A DNA stretch of 64,000 nucleotides from Candidatus Obscuribacteraceae bacterium (GTDB lineage: Bacteria; Cyanobacteriota; Vampirovibrionia; Obscuribacterales; Obscuribacteraceae): contig JBGAHS010000002.1 of NCBI GenBank assembly GCA_044226015.1, positions 465,571 to 529,570 of the forward strand, written 5' to 3'. Position 1 is the first letter of the stretch; every line of letters starts with the position of its first letter. Below are positions 29,955-39,271 of the stretch, piece by piece. A program made the translations under genes and the position numbers. The notes under the pieces are model-generated. The model saw nothing but the letters and a program-made list of their open reading frames with translations, ran no database searches and had not been told where the DNA came from.

Positions 29955-30911
29955 TTATGTCCCCCTTAACAGGCGGTATTTTCTCAACATACTTTGTAGC
30001 TCAGCATAAAGACGCTCTACTTTTCTTACACCGTCACCACCGATGGTGAATAAAAGAGCATTCTTAAATTCGTTGGCACTCTGATAACGCTCATCCGCAT
30101 CCTCATCCATCGCCTTTAAGACGACTTTCTCAAGATCCTCAGGAAAAACGGAATCAGGACTGAGCTCCAAGAATGCCGACGGATGCAAATATTGGCGCTC
30201 ACGCAAAGTCGCTTTTATTTTCGCTCCAGAAAAAGCAGGTTTTCCATGCAACATTTCATACATCAAAACTGCCAGCGAGAAAATATCAGCTCGAGCATCG
30301 ATTTTTTTTCCTCTAATTTGCTCTGGAGAGTAATAGCAAATCTCCTGGTCGGCCAGCGTAATAGCCTGATAGGATCGCGCGGCGTTCTTATCGAAATCTG
30401 TATAAAATTCGCAGGACTTCGAAAGGTCGATCACTTTAGCAATTGCAGCAAGATCATCCGACTCGTGTAAAAAAATACGCTCAGGACGAAGACATCCACT
30501 TACAACAAAATTACGATGCATCACAGTCAAGGCATCACAAAGCTGAATCACTATAGGCAGCGCTTCCTCGAATGTAAAAGCTCCATGTTCCAAGATCAAT
30601 CGGCGCAACGAGCGCCCATCAAGAGCTTCTTCGACGATAAGAGAATTTTGTCCTGTTGTAGGCTCAAAATTCAATATTCGAATTATGTTTTTTGAACTCA
30701 AGCGAGAAAGCACTTCTGCTTCGAATTGCAGATTTTTGTGAGCCGATAAGTCCCCAGTGCTATAAACAGAAAGGGTCTTAAGCCAAACAGGAATATTATC
30801 CGGTTCGACAATTGCTGAATAAAGCTCAGTCTCATCGCATTTGTCGAGCAATCGGATCACTCGATATTGCCCATTTATGATGTCGCCGGATAAAAGCGCC
30901 CCAGTCTCCAT
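29955..30911 (-). CDS. Hanks-type Ser/Thr kinase fold, probable pseudokinase
   Basis: YSPEQIRG and DARADIFSL retained; Gly-loop lost, HRDLKPEN replaced by SGCLRPER, DFG by DLS. Confidence 0.85.
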   Translation of the reverse strand: METGALLSGDIINGQYRVIRLLDKCDETELYSAIVEPDNIPVWLKTLSVYSTGDLSAHKNLQFEAEVLSRLSSKNIIRILNFEPTTGQNSLIVEEALDGRSLRRLILEHGAFTFEEALPIVIQLCDALTVMHRNFVVSGCLRPERIFLHESDDLAAIAKVIDLSKSCEFYTDFDKNAARSYQAITLADQEICYYSPEQIRGKKIDARADIFSLAVLMYEMLHGKPAFSGAKIKATLRERQYLHPSAFLELSPDSVFPEDLEKVVLKAMDEDADERYQSANEFKNALLFTIGGDGVRKVERLYAELQSMLRKYRLLRGT

Positions 30912-31024
30912 TAATTATCTACCAGAATCAGCCGAAGATCCCCTGAATCAGCGGGTTCAAGGATATAGTTAGTATATCGATTTTTGTAGTGAAGAAGTTC
31001 CGCAAATTACTCTGGAGATTAAAA

Positions 31025-32050
31025 ATGTCCCCGGTGACAAGTAAACAATCTGGCACGGAAGAAAAGAGCAAAACAGCAGTTCCGACACCAGATCACAGAA
31101 TGCGACGACTCAGAGCATCTGAAGGTCTGCGCGCAATGGTTCGAGAGACCTATATCAGGCTCGACAAGCTCATTTATCCGTTGTTCATCGTAGAAGGCAA
31201 CGGCTTCCAAAAGCCGATATCTTCGATGCCCAACATTCATCAACAGAGTATTGATGTTATGCTCAAAGAAGTCGAAGAGGTCGCAAAAGCCGGGCTTCAG
31301 TCGGTTATATTATTCGGAATTCCCGCAACAAAAGACACAGAAGCATCTGGTGCCTGGCGCTCAGACGGCATTGTGCAAAAAGCAACACGTGAAATAAAGA
31401 AGCGTTTTCCCGAACTGTTAGTTGTAGCCGATACATGCCTCTGTGAATACATGAGTCACGGACATTGTGGAATTGTGGAAAATGGCAAAGTCGTAAATGA
31501 TCCTAGCCTAGAAATTCTAGCTCGATCTGCTGTTTCACAAGCCGAAGCTGGAGCAGACATTATTGCACCATCAGACATGATGGACGGAAGAATAGCTGCA
31601 ATACGCCATGCCTTAGACGAAGCAGGTTTTCTCGATATACCAATAATGGCTTACAGTGCGAAGTTCGCTTCCGCATTTTATGGTCCGTTTAGAGAAGCTG
31701 CTGAATCTGCGCCACAATTCGGTGATCGCAAGACCTATCAGATGGATCCACCAAATATTCGCGAAGCACTACAAGAAATCGAACTAGATATTTCCGAAGG
31801 TGCGGACATAGTAATGGTCAAACCAGCTATGCCGTACTTAGATGTAATTAGCAAAGCTAGAGAGATTACCAGGCTGCCAATTGCGGCATATAATGTCTCA
31901 GGAGAATATTCCATGGTCAAAGCAGCCGCGGCTAATGGCTGGATTGACGAGAAGAAGGTCGTAATAGAAAGCTTGACAGGCATCTTCCGTGCCGGAGCCG
32001 ATATTGTGATTACTTATCATGCCCGTGATTTAGCCAAATGGCTGTCCTAA
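31025..32050 (+). CDS. hemB: Porphobilinogen synthase
   Basis: [35 protein letters not shown] and AYNVSGEY motifs. Confidence 0.97.
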   Translation: MSPVTSKQSGTEEKSKTAVPTPDHRMRRLRASEGLRAMVRETYIRLDKLIYPLFIVEGNGFQKPISSMPNIHQQSIDVMLKEVEEVAKAGLQSVILFGIPATKDTEASGAWRSDGIVQKATREIKKRFPELLVVADTCLCEYMSHGHCGIVENGKVVNDPSLEILARSAVSQAEAGADIIAPSDMMDGRIAAIRHALDEAGFLDIPIMAYSAKFASAFYGPFREAAESAPQFGDRKTYQMDPPNIREALQEIELDISEGADIVMVKPAMPYLDVISKAREITRLPIAAYNVSGEYSMVKAAAANGWIDEKKVVIESLTGIFRAGADIVITYHARDLAKWLS

Positions 32051-32076
32051 GCGCTTTGTTTGAGGAAGTATATTAG

Positions 32077-32541
32077 ATGAAAACCAGTACCGCTTATCAA
32101 ATCAGTTTCGCCAACGCCTTTGCAGATCTCTATCTGGACAAGGAAAACGGTGAAGTCGCTCTTGATTTGAGACGCCAGGAAATCACCATTTATCTCAACC
32201 AAACGCAGTACCAGGCACTTGTTCTTCTTGTTCAGCAGAGCCTGGAAGACGAGGAGTTTTTGGAATATCTCAATTGGCAGAAAGACCCGCTTCAGTGCGA
32301 TGAGAATCGCATTTTTGAGATCTGCGGACCAGACCATATGGTCTGTATGGCGTGCACTCCGAGCTACGAACGCGTCAAACTGACTTTCGAGATCGGAGTA
32401 GCCGTCGATCTCTCTTTTGCCGATTACCAGGGGCTTGCAAGCCTACTTAAGGAAGCTCAAGCAGACCTAGAATGGCGTAGAGAGTTGCTACGCTGGAACA
32501 TGCAGGATCAAGGCGGTGACTTCGCCACCGGCAACGACTAA
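32077..32541 (+). CDS. Hypothetical protein with an internal duplication
   Basis: 154-aa ORF with GAGG RBS, just downstream of hemB and followed by a terminator. Confidence 0.75.
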   Translation: MKTSTAYQISFANAFADLYLDKENGEVALDLRRQEITIYLNQTQYQALVLLVQQSLEDEEFLEYLNWQKDPLQCDENRIFEICGPDHMVCMACTPSYERVKLTFEIGVAVDLSFADYQGLASLLKEAQADLEWRRELLRWNMQDQGGDFATGND

Positions 32542-32565
32542 AACTGCTATTGCAAAGATGAACCT

Positions 32566-32602
32566 AAGAAGCGGATTTCACGAGGAATTCTGCTTCTTTT
32601 TT
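32566..32602 (+). terminator. Intrinsic terminator
   Basis: AAGAAGCGGATTTC...GAATTCTGCTTCTT followed by a T-tract. Confidence 0.8.
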
Positions 32603-32621
32603 ATTGCGCATTCTGACAATT

Positions 32622-33147
32622 CGGGAGAATCTGCGCCCCGCCACCGCAGAAAAACATGAGAACTACATCGGTACCGTTTGAGTTTCGGGAAAATCTGCGC
32701 CCCGGCCGCCGCAGGAAATCATGAGAACTACACCAGTACCGTTTGAGTTTCTTGGAAAATCTGCGCCCTGCCGCCGCAGAAAAACATGAGAACTACACCA
32801 GTACCGTTTGAGTTTCTTGGAAAATCTGCGCCCTGCCGCCGCAGAAAAACATGAGAACTCCACCGGTACCGTTTGAGTTTCTTGGAAAATCTGCGCAGAA
32901 AAACATGAGAACTACACCGGTACCGTTTGAGTTTTCGGGAAAATCCGCGCCCCCGCCGCCGCAGAAAAACATTAGAACTCCACCGGTACCGTTTGAGTTC
33001 TGCGAAAATCCGCGCCCCTGCCGCCGCAGAAAAACATGAGAACTCCACCGGTACCGTTTGAGTTTTCGGGAAAATCCGCGCCCCGCCGCCGCAGAAAAAC
33101 ATGAGAACTCCACCGGTACCGTTTGAGTTCTGCGAAAATCCGCGCCC
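32622..33147. repeat. 8-unit tandem array (~65 bp period) of the CGGTACCG-core palindromic repeat
   Basis: Cores at 32669, 32734, 32799, 32864, 32918, 32984, 33049 and 33114; consensus GGGAAAATCYGCGCCCYGCCGCCGCAGAAAAACATGAGAACTMCACCGGTACCGTTTGAGTTTTC. Confidence 0.97.
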
Positions 33148-33169
33148 AAATAATATCCCGTCAGGGTTA

Positions 33170-34192
33170 TTACTTGCTGGCGTAAACCACGGGCGACTCA
33201 GGTCCCCAATACTTGGAATCAGGTCTGGTGTAACCGCTGAAACCGCAATCTTTCAGCATCTTTTGCAACTCAGCTTCAGTGAAGACGCAGCCCTGCTCCG
33301 TGAAGAGAAACATATTTATTGCAAACAACTGCGCAAATGGCGGGCCACTTCGCTCGTTATTGCTTATCATTTCAGCGATCACAATTTTTCCGCCTTTCTT
33401 CAAGCTGCGATAGACTTCCTTGAGAAGGGCTTCAGAGCGTTCGCTTCCTTCGCTATGCAAGATGTGTCCAAGTAAAACAACATCGTACTTTTCTGATTCT
33501 AGCTTGCAATCACTCCAGTTCCCTGCAATGTAGGAATACTGAGATCCAACGCTGTATTTGTCGGCAAAGCGCTTGGTGACTTCGAGAACGCCCGGAAAAT
33601 CCAACGCATCCACATGCACATTTTTGCTGCGTTCAGCAAAAGGAATGCTCCATACACCGCTGCCAGCTGCGACATCGAGCACTTTAGTCCCTGGGGGCAT
33701 CTGCTCCACCTTAAGTTCGCTAGCCAGCGTATTGGCAGTTGAGTAATTCATGGGGAATATCGCAGCAGCAAGAGTCGGGAAAAACTCCTCCGCCCCTTTG
33801 GTCTGGTTGATTTTGGAGTAAGGAGCCCCGGTCTTCACGCTTTCAGAAAGCTGCATCCAACCGTCCTTAACACCATCCATCAACAAATAATCACCCATAT
33901 AGAGCGGGCTTTCTTTATCGAGGTAGGGCCGCGAAGCCTCCACTACTGAAAACCTGTCGCCTTTTCTCTCAAGCAAATCAAGAGCCAATAGCGCGTTTAG
34001 TAGAAGCTCGGTCGCTGTAACATCCGTTTTCAACTCAGCTGCAAGCTCAGCAGCCGTAAGGGGTTTCCTGGACAGAGGCGAAAAGAAATCTAGCCTGAAA
34101 GCTGTCATGAAAGCTTGCAAAGCCCACGCCCCATGCATGATTTGCATGATGCGAAGTGGCGGCTGCATCTTTGTCATTTCAAGAGTAGTCAT
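33170..34192 (-). CDS. SAM-dependent O-methyltransferase (dimerisation domain + Methyltransf_2)
   Basis: wHTH-like N-terminus, VLDVAAGSG, ALDFPGV and YDVVLLGHILH motifs; GAGGAGG RBS. Confidence 0.9.
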   Translation of the reverse strand: MTTLEMTKMQPPLRIMQIMHGAWALQAFMTAFRLDFFSPLSRKPLTAAELAAELKTDVTATELLLNALLALDLLERKGDRFSVVEASRPYLDKESPLYMGDYLLMDGVKDGWMQLSESVKTGAPYSKINQTKGAEEFFPTLAAAIFPMNYSTANTLASELKVEQMPPGTKVLDVAAGSGVWSIPFAERSKNVHVDALDFPGVLEVTKRFADKYSVGSQYSYIAGNWSDCKLESEKYDVVLLGHILHSEGSERSEALLKEVYRSLKKGGKIVIAEMISNNERSGPPFAQLFAINMFLFTEQGCVFTEAELQKMLKDCGFSGYTRPDSKYWGPESPVVYASK

Positions 34193-34384
34193 AGCCCCTC
34201 CTCGAGGTGGTCGATTTATGTGAACCAATATTTTAGACCTCAGCGGAATTTAGAGCAGCAAATAAATATTCTAAAGAGATGAGAAATGCCCGCAGCTGCG
34301 CTCCACGCGCAAAGGGGCCAGAGAGCACTGAAAAATCAATATACAGCAGGTTGGCAAGCTCTCGCCCATGCCTTGTGCATCAGC

Positions 34385-34390
34385 TATAAT
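34385..34390 (+). promoter_or_regulatory. -10 box of the SRP RNA promoter
   Basis: Perfect TATAAT about 7 nt upstream of the SRP RNA 5' end. Confidence 0.65.
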
Positions 34391-34397
34391 TTTTAGA

Positions 34398-34492
34398 ACA
34401 GATCGTTGGGTGCGGCGGAGACCTGCGAACCTGGTCAGGGGTGAAAGCCAGCAGCCATAAGTTGGACCCTTCGGGTGTGCTCAACGGTCTGT
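34398..34492 (+). ncRNA. ffs: Signal recognition particle 4.5S RNA
   Basis: Helix-8 signature AACCTGGTCAGG-GGT-GAAA-GCC-AGCAGCCATAAG within a long hairpin closed by ACAGATCGTTGGG/CTCAACGGTCTGT. Confidence 0.9.
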
Positions 34493-34526
34493 ATTTTCAA
34501 TGCCAAGAGCGAACTAGGACAATAAC

Positions 34527-34793
34527 ATGACTAAAAAAGGGTCCTCTGAGCAGCCTCCAGAAACCGATCAAAGCACCCTCCTGGGTCAAATCCTTGTGGA
34601 GCTGGGTTATATAACCGTTTATCAGCTCGATGAGTCGCTGCAGATTCAGAAAGAAAGTGACGCAAAAGGCGAAGAGCACCAGACTCTTGGAGCTATCCTT
34701 CTTGAATTAGGCTATTGCTCAGCTAATCAACTTATACGTGCGATTCAAGTGCAGGTAGAGTACAGAAAAGCGGCAAAGGCTCCAAAATCGTAA
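34527..34793 (+). CDS. Stand-alone MshEN-like (T2SSE_N) domain protein
   Basis: Two motifs, LLGQILVELGYITVYQLDESLQIQ and TLGAILLELGYCSANQLIRAIQVQ. Confidence 0.75.
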   Translation: MTKKGSSEQPPETDQSTLLGQILVELGYITVYQLDESLQIQKESDAKGEEHQTLGAILLELGYCSANQLIRAIQVQVEYRKAAKAPKS

Positions 34794-34913
34794 TCTCGAC
34801 CCTTTGAACACAAATTCAGGGTTGTCCCGATTTCCCACATGCCCTTGAGGATATAAACTTTTGTTAGTATGCCAGAGGGTCAAGGGCATATTGAGTCTTA
34901 GGGGTGCAAATCT

Positions 34914-37250
34914 TTGGGAGCCAAGTTAAATTTCAGCTTCATAGCGACCATCCTGGTGATGTGTATCGTCCAGGCGATTTTCACGCTTGTAGTTGACATT
35001 AACAAGAACCACGCAAAAGCAATTGCGATTGTCGACCCTGCAATTGATTGCGTAAACAAAGAAATTATTTCAGTCTATAAAAAGAATGCTCAAATCGCTG
35101 CAGCGATCGAAGGCAACGCTGACTTTAAGAAAGCCGTTTCAGCCAAAGATAGAGGCGCTGTCGCCGCAATAGTTAAGTCCACTTTTGATCGCGTAGGGTT
35201 TGACGGCTACGCAACGATTATCAATGAGCAAGGACAGGTCTTCTTCAGCAGCGATGCACCAGGAAAAGCCGGCTATCCAGCAGATGACCTGAATCGCCCT
35301 CTTGTTCAAAGCGCATTTTCAATTCCATCGGCACAGGGTGGAACATTCGCCTCCGCGCTCTGCGCTCTATCCTGCACCAAAGCATACACCTTATCGAGCC
35401 TCGTCCCCATCGGAATTGGTGGCAGAAACCAGGCTGTTCTAGCTGTGAGCACACCATTTAGCAATGAACTGTTGCTGGGCATGGAACGAAAAATCAAACT
35501 CACGAAAGACAATCTCAAAGAATTCGAAATGGCGTTTTACGTGATGGCAGATGCGCAAGTAAAGGCTTGCTCAGCCAATTTACAAGCAATGAAGCCACCT
35601 CCGGCTTTTCTTGCAAGCTTGAACAATGCCAAAGGAGATATTCTTGGCGAAACGCCAAAAGAAAAGCAGGCTGATGGTTTCCTCTGGAAAAACCTACCTA
35701 TAAAAGGTCCCAATACGACGAACGCGATGGGACAAATAATTGTTTGCGCTCCTATGCCAAACCAACTGGCAAGCTTTTCGCTGTTGGCTTTGCAGCTGGC
35801 AATCGGCGCTGTTGCGGCCATTGTTCTGGCGTTGGTTTTCTCCGCAGCTTTGTCAAAGCGATTCAATCAATCAATGTGGTTCTTAAAGCAACGCGCGAAG
35901 GATCTTGCTGAAAACAAACGGGATTTGCCCTCCCTGAGTGTGCTCAGCGGAGACTATCTTGAATTGGCAGAAATGATGGACACAGCTCTCACCAATCCAC
36001 GCGCGATGGTCTTGAACTTGAAGCAAACTGTATCCAAGCAGGATGAAGAACTATCAGAACGGCAGCGACAGATCGATGCGATAAACAGCCAATTGGAAAT
36101 GGTGAACAGACAACTCACTGCTCACAATAGACAATCAGTTGATATCAGCAATCAAGTTCAAACGGCAAACAAGCAAGCGATTCAAATTCAACAGAAGCTC
36201 GACGCCGTAATGCAGTGCTCGAGCGAAGGCGTATTATTGCTGGATCCATATGGAAGCCTACTGGCAGCGAATCCAACCTTCCTTCGCTGGACAGGGACAG
36301 ACGAACGAGAAATTTTCGGAAAAGTCTGTTTTGATCTGGTAAAAAAACCTGGCGAACCAAAAGATCTCCACACAATGTCTTTCGCTAACACATCCGGTGG
36401 TCCAAATGATCTTATCAATCAGTTCTTCCCAGAAGGGGTTGTTTATCATCGATTCGAGAACAAACATACGGACGTGCTCATGCACCTCCAGCCTATTGTC
36501 GGAGAGGATGGAAACATTCAGGGATACATAATGGTGCTTCGCGACAAATCACTTCACGCTGAAGTGGCACGCCTGCGCGGAGAGATCGTAACCATGCTGG
36601 GAGATGATATCCGCTCTCCTTTAGCGACGGCAGAATCTTACTGGAAAAACCTGCAACAACAGCTGCCCAACATGCCTCCTGCGGTGGCTCAAAACCTGCT
36701 AGAAATGCATAAGACGTACGAAACCATGATGGGCATGGTGGATAGTTACTTAATGATGTATGGCGGATTCGTGCCACCACCTGTAGAGCAGATCCCCAGG
36801 GAGCAAGTTTCAGTAACACGACTCATCGGTGAGTGCCTGGAAACAGTCTCACAACATGCACGAGCGCAGCAAATAATGCTCGACTACAAGACTGTCACCG
36901 GTCTTCCTACCACAGCGATTAACAAAGAAATTGTCAGGGACATAATTATCAACCTTCTAGACAAGATGATCTCCGTCACAGCCCCAGGCGGCAGAGTGAG
37001 GGCTGAAACAACCATCAAAGGTAAAGAAATCCGCTTGATTATCTCTAGCTCTGGACCCGCCCTGCAGCAACTTGAAATAGAGGACATGTTCATCGGATTT
37101 ATTGGCGGTAAACACGCTGAAGATACTTATCAAACACGCTTGAACATGTACCTTGCTCGAAACAACGCCGAGCGTCTAGGCGGACGCATTTGGGCAGAAT
37201 CTGAAGCAGGCAGAGGAACTGCAATCTTCCTGACTCTTCCTGTTCACTAA
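34914..37250 (+). CDS. Membrane sensor (periplasmic domain, coiled coil, PAS) with degenerate HisKA/HATPase
   Basis: Two TMs, PAS (EGVLLLD...ANPTF), H-box reading LGDDIRSPL, C-terminal LGGRIWAESEAGRGTAI. Confidence 0.85.
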   Translation: MGAKLNFSFIATILVMCIVQAIFTLVVDINKNHAKAIAIVDPAIDCVNKEIISVYKKNAQIAAAIEGNADFKKAVSAKDRGAVAAIVKSTFDRVGFDGYATIINEQGQVFFSSDAPGKAGYPADDLNRPLVQSAFSIPSAQGGTFASALCALSCTKAYTLSSLVPIGIGGRNQAVLAVSTPFSNELLLGMERKIKLTKDNLKEFEMAFYVMADAQVKACSANLQAMKPPPAFLASLNNAKGDILGETPKEKQADGFLWKNLPIKGPNTTNAMGQIIVCAPMPNQLASFSLLALQLAIGAVAAIVLALVFSAALSKRFNQSMWFLKQRAKDLAENKRDLPSLSVLSGDYLELAEMMDTALTNPRAMVLNLKQTVSKQDEELSERQRQIDAINSQLEMVNRQLTAHNRQSVDISNQVQTANKQAIQIQQKLDAVMQCSSEGVLLLDPYGSLLAANPTFLRWTGTDEREIFGKVCFDLVKKPGEPKDLHTMSFANTSGGPNDLINQFFPEGVVYHRFENKHTDVLMHLQPIVGEDGNIQGYIMVLRDKSLHAEVARLRGEIVTMLGDDIRSPLATAESYWKNLQQQLPNMPPAVAQNLLEMHKTYETMMGMVDSYLMMYGGFVPPPVEQIPREQVSVTRLIGECLETVSQHARAQQIMLDYKTVTGLPTTAINKEIVRDIIINLLDKMISVTAPGGRVRAETTIKGKEIRLIISSSGPALQQLEIEDMFIGFIGGKHAEDTYQTRLNMYLARNNAERLGGRIWAESEAGRGTAIFLTLPVH

Positions 37251-37251
37251 T

Positions 37252-37390
37252 GGATTTTCCCAAAACTTCACCGTTTGAGTTCTCTCGTTTTTCTTCGCCT
37301 TCACCTGCGCAGATTTTCCTCAAAAAACTCCACCGGTACCGTTTGAGTTCTCTCGTTTTTCTTCGCCTTCACTTGCGCAGATTTTCCCCA
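37252..37390. repeat. 2 copies of the CGGTACCG-core repeat (first copy has its core deleted)
   Basis: ACCGTTTGAGTTCTCTCGTTTTTCTTCGCCTTCAC twice; intact core at 37334; between convergent genes. Confidence 0.92.
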
Positions 37391-37529
37391 AATCCGTTCG
37401 GCATGGTCCAACCGCATCAGCTAAATGAATCAATGGCACAGCAGCGGTCACATGAAACACCACCTCGAATCTTTGAGCAAAACGCACACGCCGCTCGAGA
37501 TTATTGTCATCTCCACCGAATTCGGCGAA

Positions 37530-38102
37530 CTATACCGTCTGCTTTTCCGGTTCTTGCACTACTTCTTCCACGGCAACAGCAGCGGCTGCAGCCGCCTTAT
37601 CACGAGCTTCCTTTGCCTTAATTGCAATCTTCTTCTGACGGTCAGCAACGAACTGCCTTTCTACTGGCCTGTTCTGAACCTTCAACATCTGCGCGTAATA
37701 TTGCAGAGTCATTAAGAGTTCAGTTGTATCTTTGCCAAAAAGTGTTTCCTTCATCTCGATGGCGATTTTATAGTGCTTTTCTGCAACGGGGTACATTTTG
37801 CGTGCGCTATAAAGCAAAGCAAGATTATGATGATTCAGCGCTATATCAGGATGGATTTCACCATGAATACCAATTCGAATATCTAGAGCCCGCTTGTAGT
37901 GCGGCTCGGCCATTGTGAATTTGCCTTGCTCATGATACATAGCGGCAAGATTGTTCAAAGTCAGCGCCAAACGATCATCCTGCTCACCAAACTTCTCAGC
38001 CTCTTCTAGAGCAGCTAAGAACTTCACTTCGGCTTCCGGAATTTTTCCACGCTCGTAAGAGTTGTTGCCTTCTTCAATCAATCTCTTCCAACTGTCGCTC
38101 AC
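37530..38102 (-). CDS. Tetratricopeptide-repeat protein (kinesin-light-chain type)
   Basis: LALTLNNLAAMYHEQGKF..AEPHYKRAL...HGEIHPDIA; probable GTG start at 38102. Confidence 0.85.
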   Translation of the reverse strand: MSDSWKRLIEEGNNSYERGKIPEAEVKFLAALEEAEKFGEQDDRLALTLNNLAAMYHEQGKFTMAEPHYKRALDIRIGIHGEIHPDIALNHHNLALLYSARKMYPVAEKHYKIAIEMKETLFGKDTTELLMTLQYYAQMLKVQNRPVERQFVADRQKKIAIKAKEARDKAAAAAAVAVEEVVQEPEKQTV

Positions 38103-38402
38103 TTCAATGACCCCATAAGGCTTACCTATCGGGGAGATCCTAGCAGCTGTGCCAGCGACTAACAACTCAAACCATCTCAAAAATGAGACTCTTTGTGCTA
38201 TGTTCACACTTTCGCTTGGCAACAGGCGCCTGTTTTCTTACCTTGCGCCCACAAGCAGCCTGAAACATCTTATCGGGTCCGCCTGAACTAAACTGAGAAT
38301 TATGCAGACAAAAATGCTCCAACCGCACAACAGATTGGAGATTCGGTTTGCAAAAGCATGGACGGAAGAGGTCCCGTCAGCCACCCATTTGCAAGCGAAC
38401 AT

Positions 38403-38813
38403 TCAGCGCTTTGGCAACCATTGAAAGAGCTTTTCTTGCAGTTGCTCGTAAGTGAATGGAATAGGCAAGTAATCATCCATTCCCTGCTGAATACAAAGAT
38501 CATAGTTAGCCTGAAGATGTCCAGTAACTGCAATGATGGGCAACTTCCTATTATTCGCCAACTGGCGAACTTTTCTTGTGCATAAGGGTCCATCAACTCG
38601 TGGCATAAGCCAGTCCATCAGTATGAGATCACAATGACCGTTTTGTAGATGTTTCAAGGCTTCGCCACAACAATCAACAATGTGAGCTTCGATGCGCAAC
38701 TCATCGGACAAGAGTTCAAAAATTCTTGCGTACTGCGGATTATCATCAATTACGAGGACTTGAGACCGGGTAACTGCAGAGTCGATTGATTTTAGTAACA
38801 CTGAATCGTCCAT
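38403..38813 (-). CDS. Single-domain response regulator (receiver)
   Basis: VLVIDDN, DLILMDWLMPRVDG, PIIAVT and GMDDYL motifs; the conserved Lys of the KP motif is replaced (LPIP). Confidence 0.9.
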   Translation of the reverse strand: MDDSVLLKSIDSAVTRSQVLVIDDNPQYARIFELLSDELRIEAHIVDCCGEALKHLQNGHCDLILMDWLMPRVDGPLCTRKVRQLANNRKLPIIAVTGHLQANYDLCIQQGMDDYLPIPFTYEQLQEKLFQWLPKR

Positions 38814-39220
38814 GGGCAAGCCCTTTCAATAACAATGCAGTCCGTCATTAATAGCGAAGTCGAGTCATTCGATAATGTTCACCAGACCATCCCAAAACTC
38901 TGTCCTGATATGACAGTACCAAACATTTTCCCAGATCATCAACCCTAACTTTTCTGTTAGGGTATCAATAAGCAAGTCACCAAGCTGACTTGAAGCGACT
39001 CTGCACCCACTTACAGATAAGCAATCAATAAATATCCTTGGCTAGGTTACCGCATCAGCGATACCATAGATGGTACCAGCTTGATGTACGAAGAGTGAAA
39101 TAGATAACTCATCCACCGAAAGCCAATGCTCACTCTCATGAGTGAGGGGTGGAACAAAAAGGAAGAGAGAGCAACTGACAAATAGCAAATAACAGATGGC
39201 AAACAACAAATTACAAATCA

Positions 39221-39253
39221 ACAAAAAGGAGGGAGCAGAAAGACTCCCTCCTC
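39221..39253 (-). terminator. Intrinsic terminator after the protease gene
   Basis: GGAGGGAG/CTCCCTCC stem with a U-tract on the minus strand. Confidence 0.8.
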
Positions 39254-39271
39254 AAAACTGAATATCTATAC

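Noticed and set aside
32622..33147. CRISPR array (65-bp periodicity with a palindromic repeat)
   Set aside because: Inter-core segments are near-identical rather than unique spacers, no cas genes are present, and the same unit is dispersed at other loci.
32663..33149. Short ORFs over the repeat arrays (also 24289-24761 and 37250-37621)
   Set aside because: Translations of non-coding repeats in several frames, with no RBS or protein-like features.
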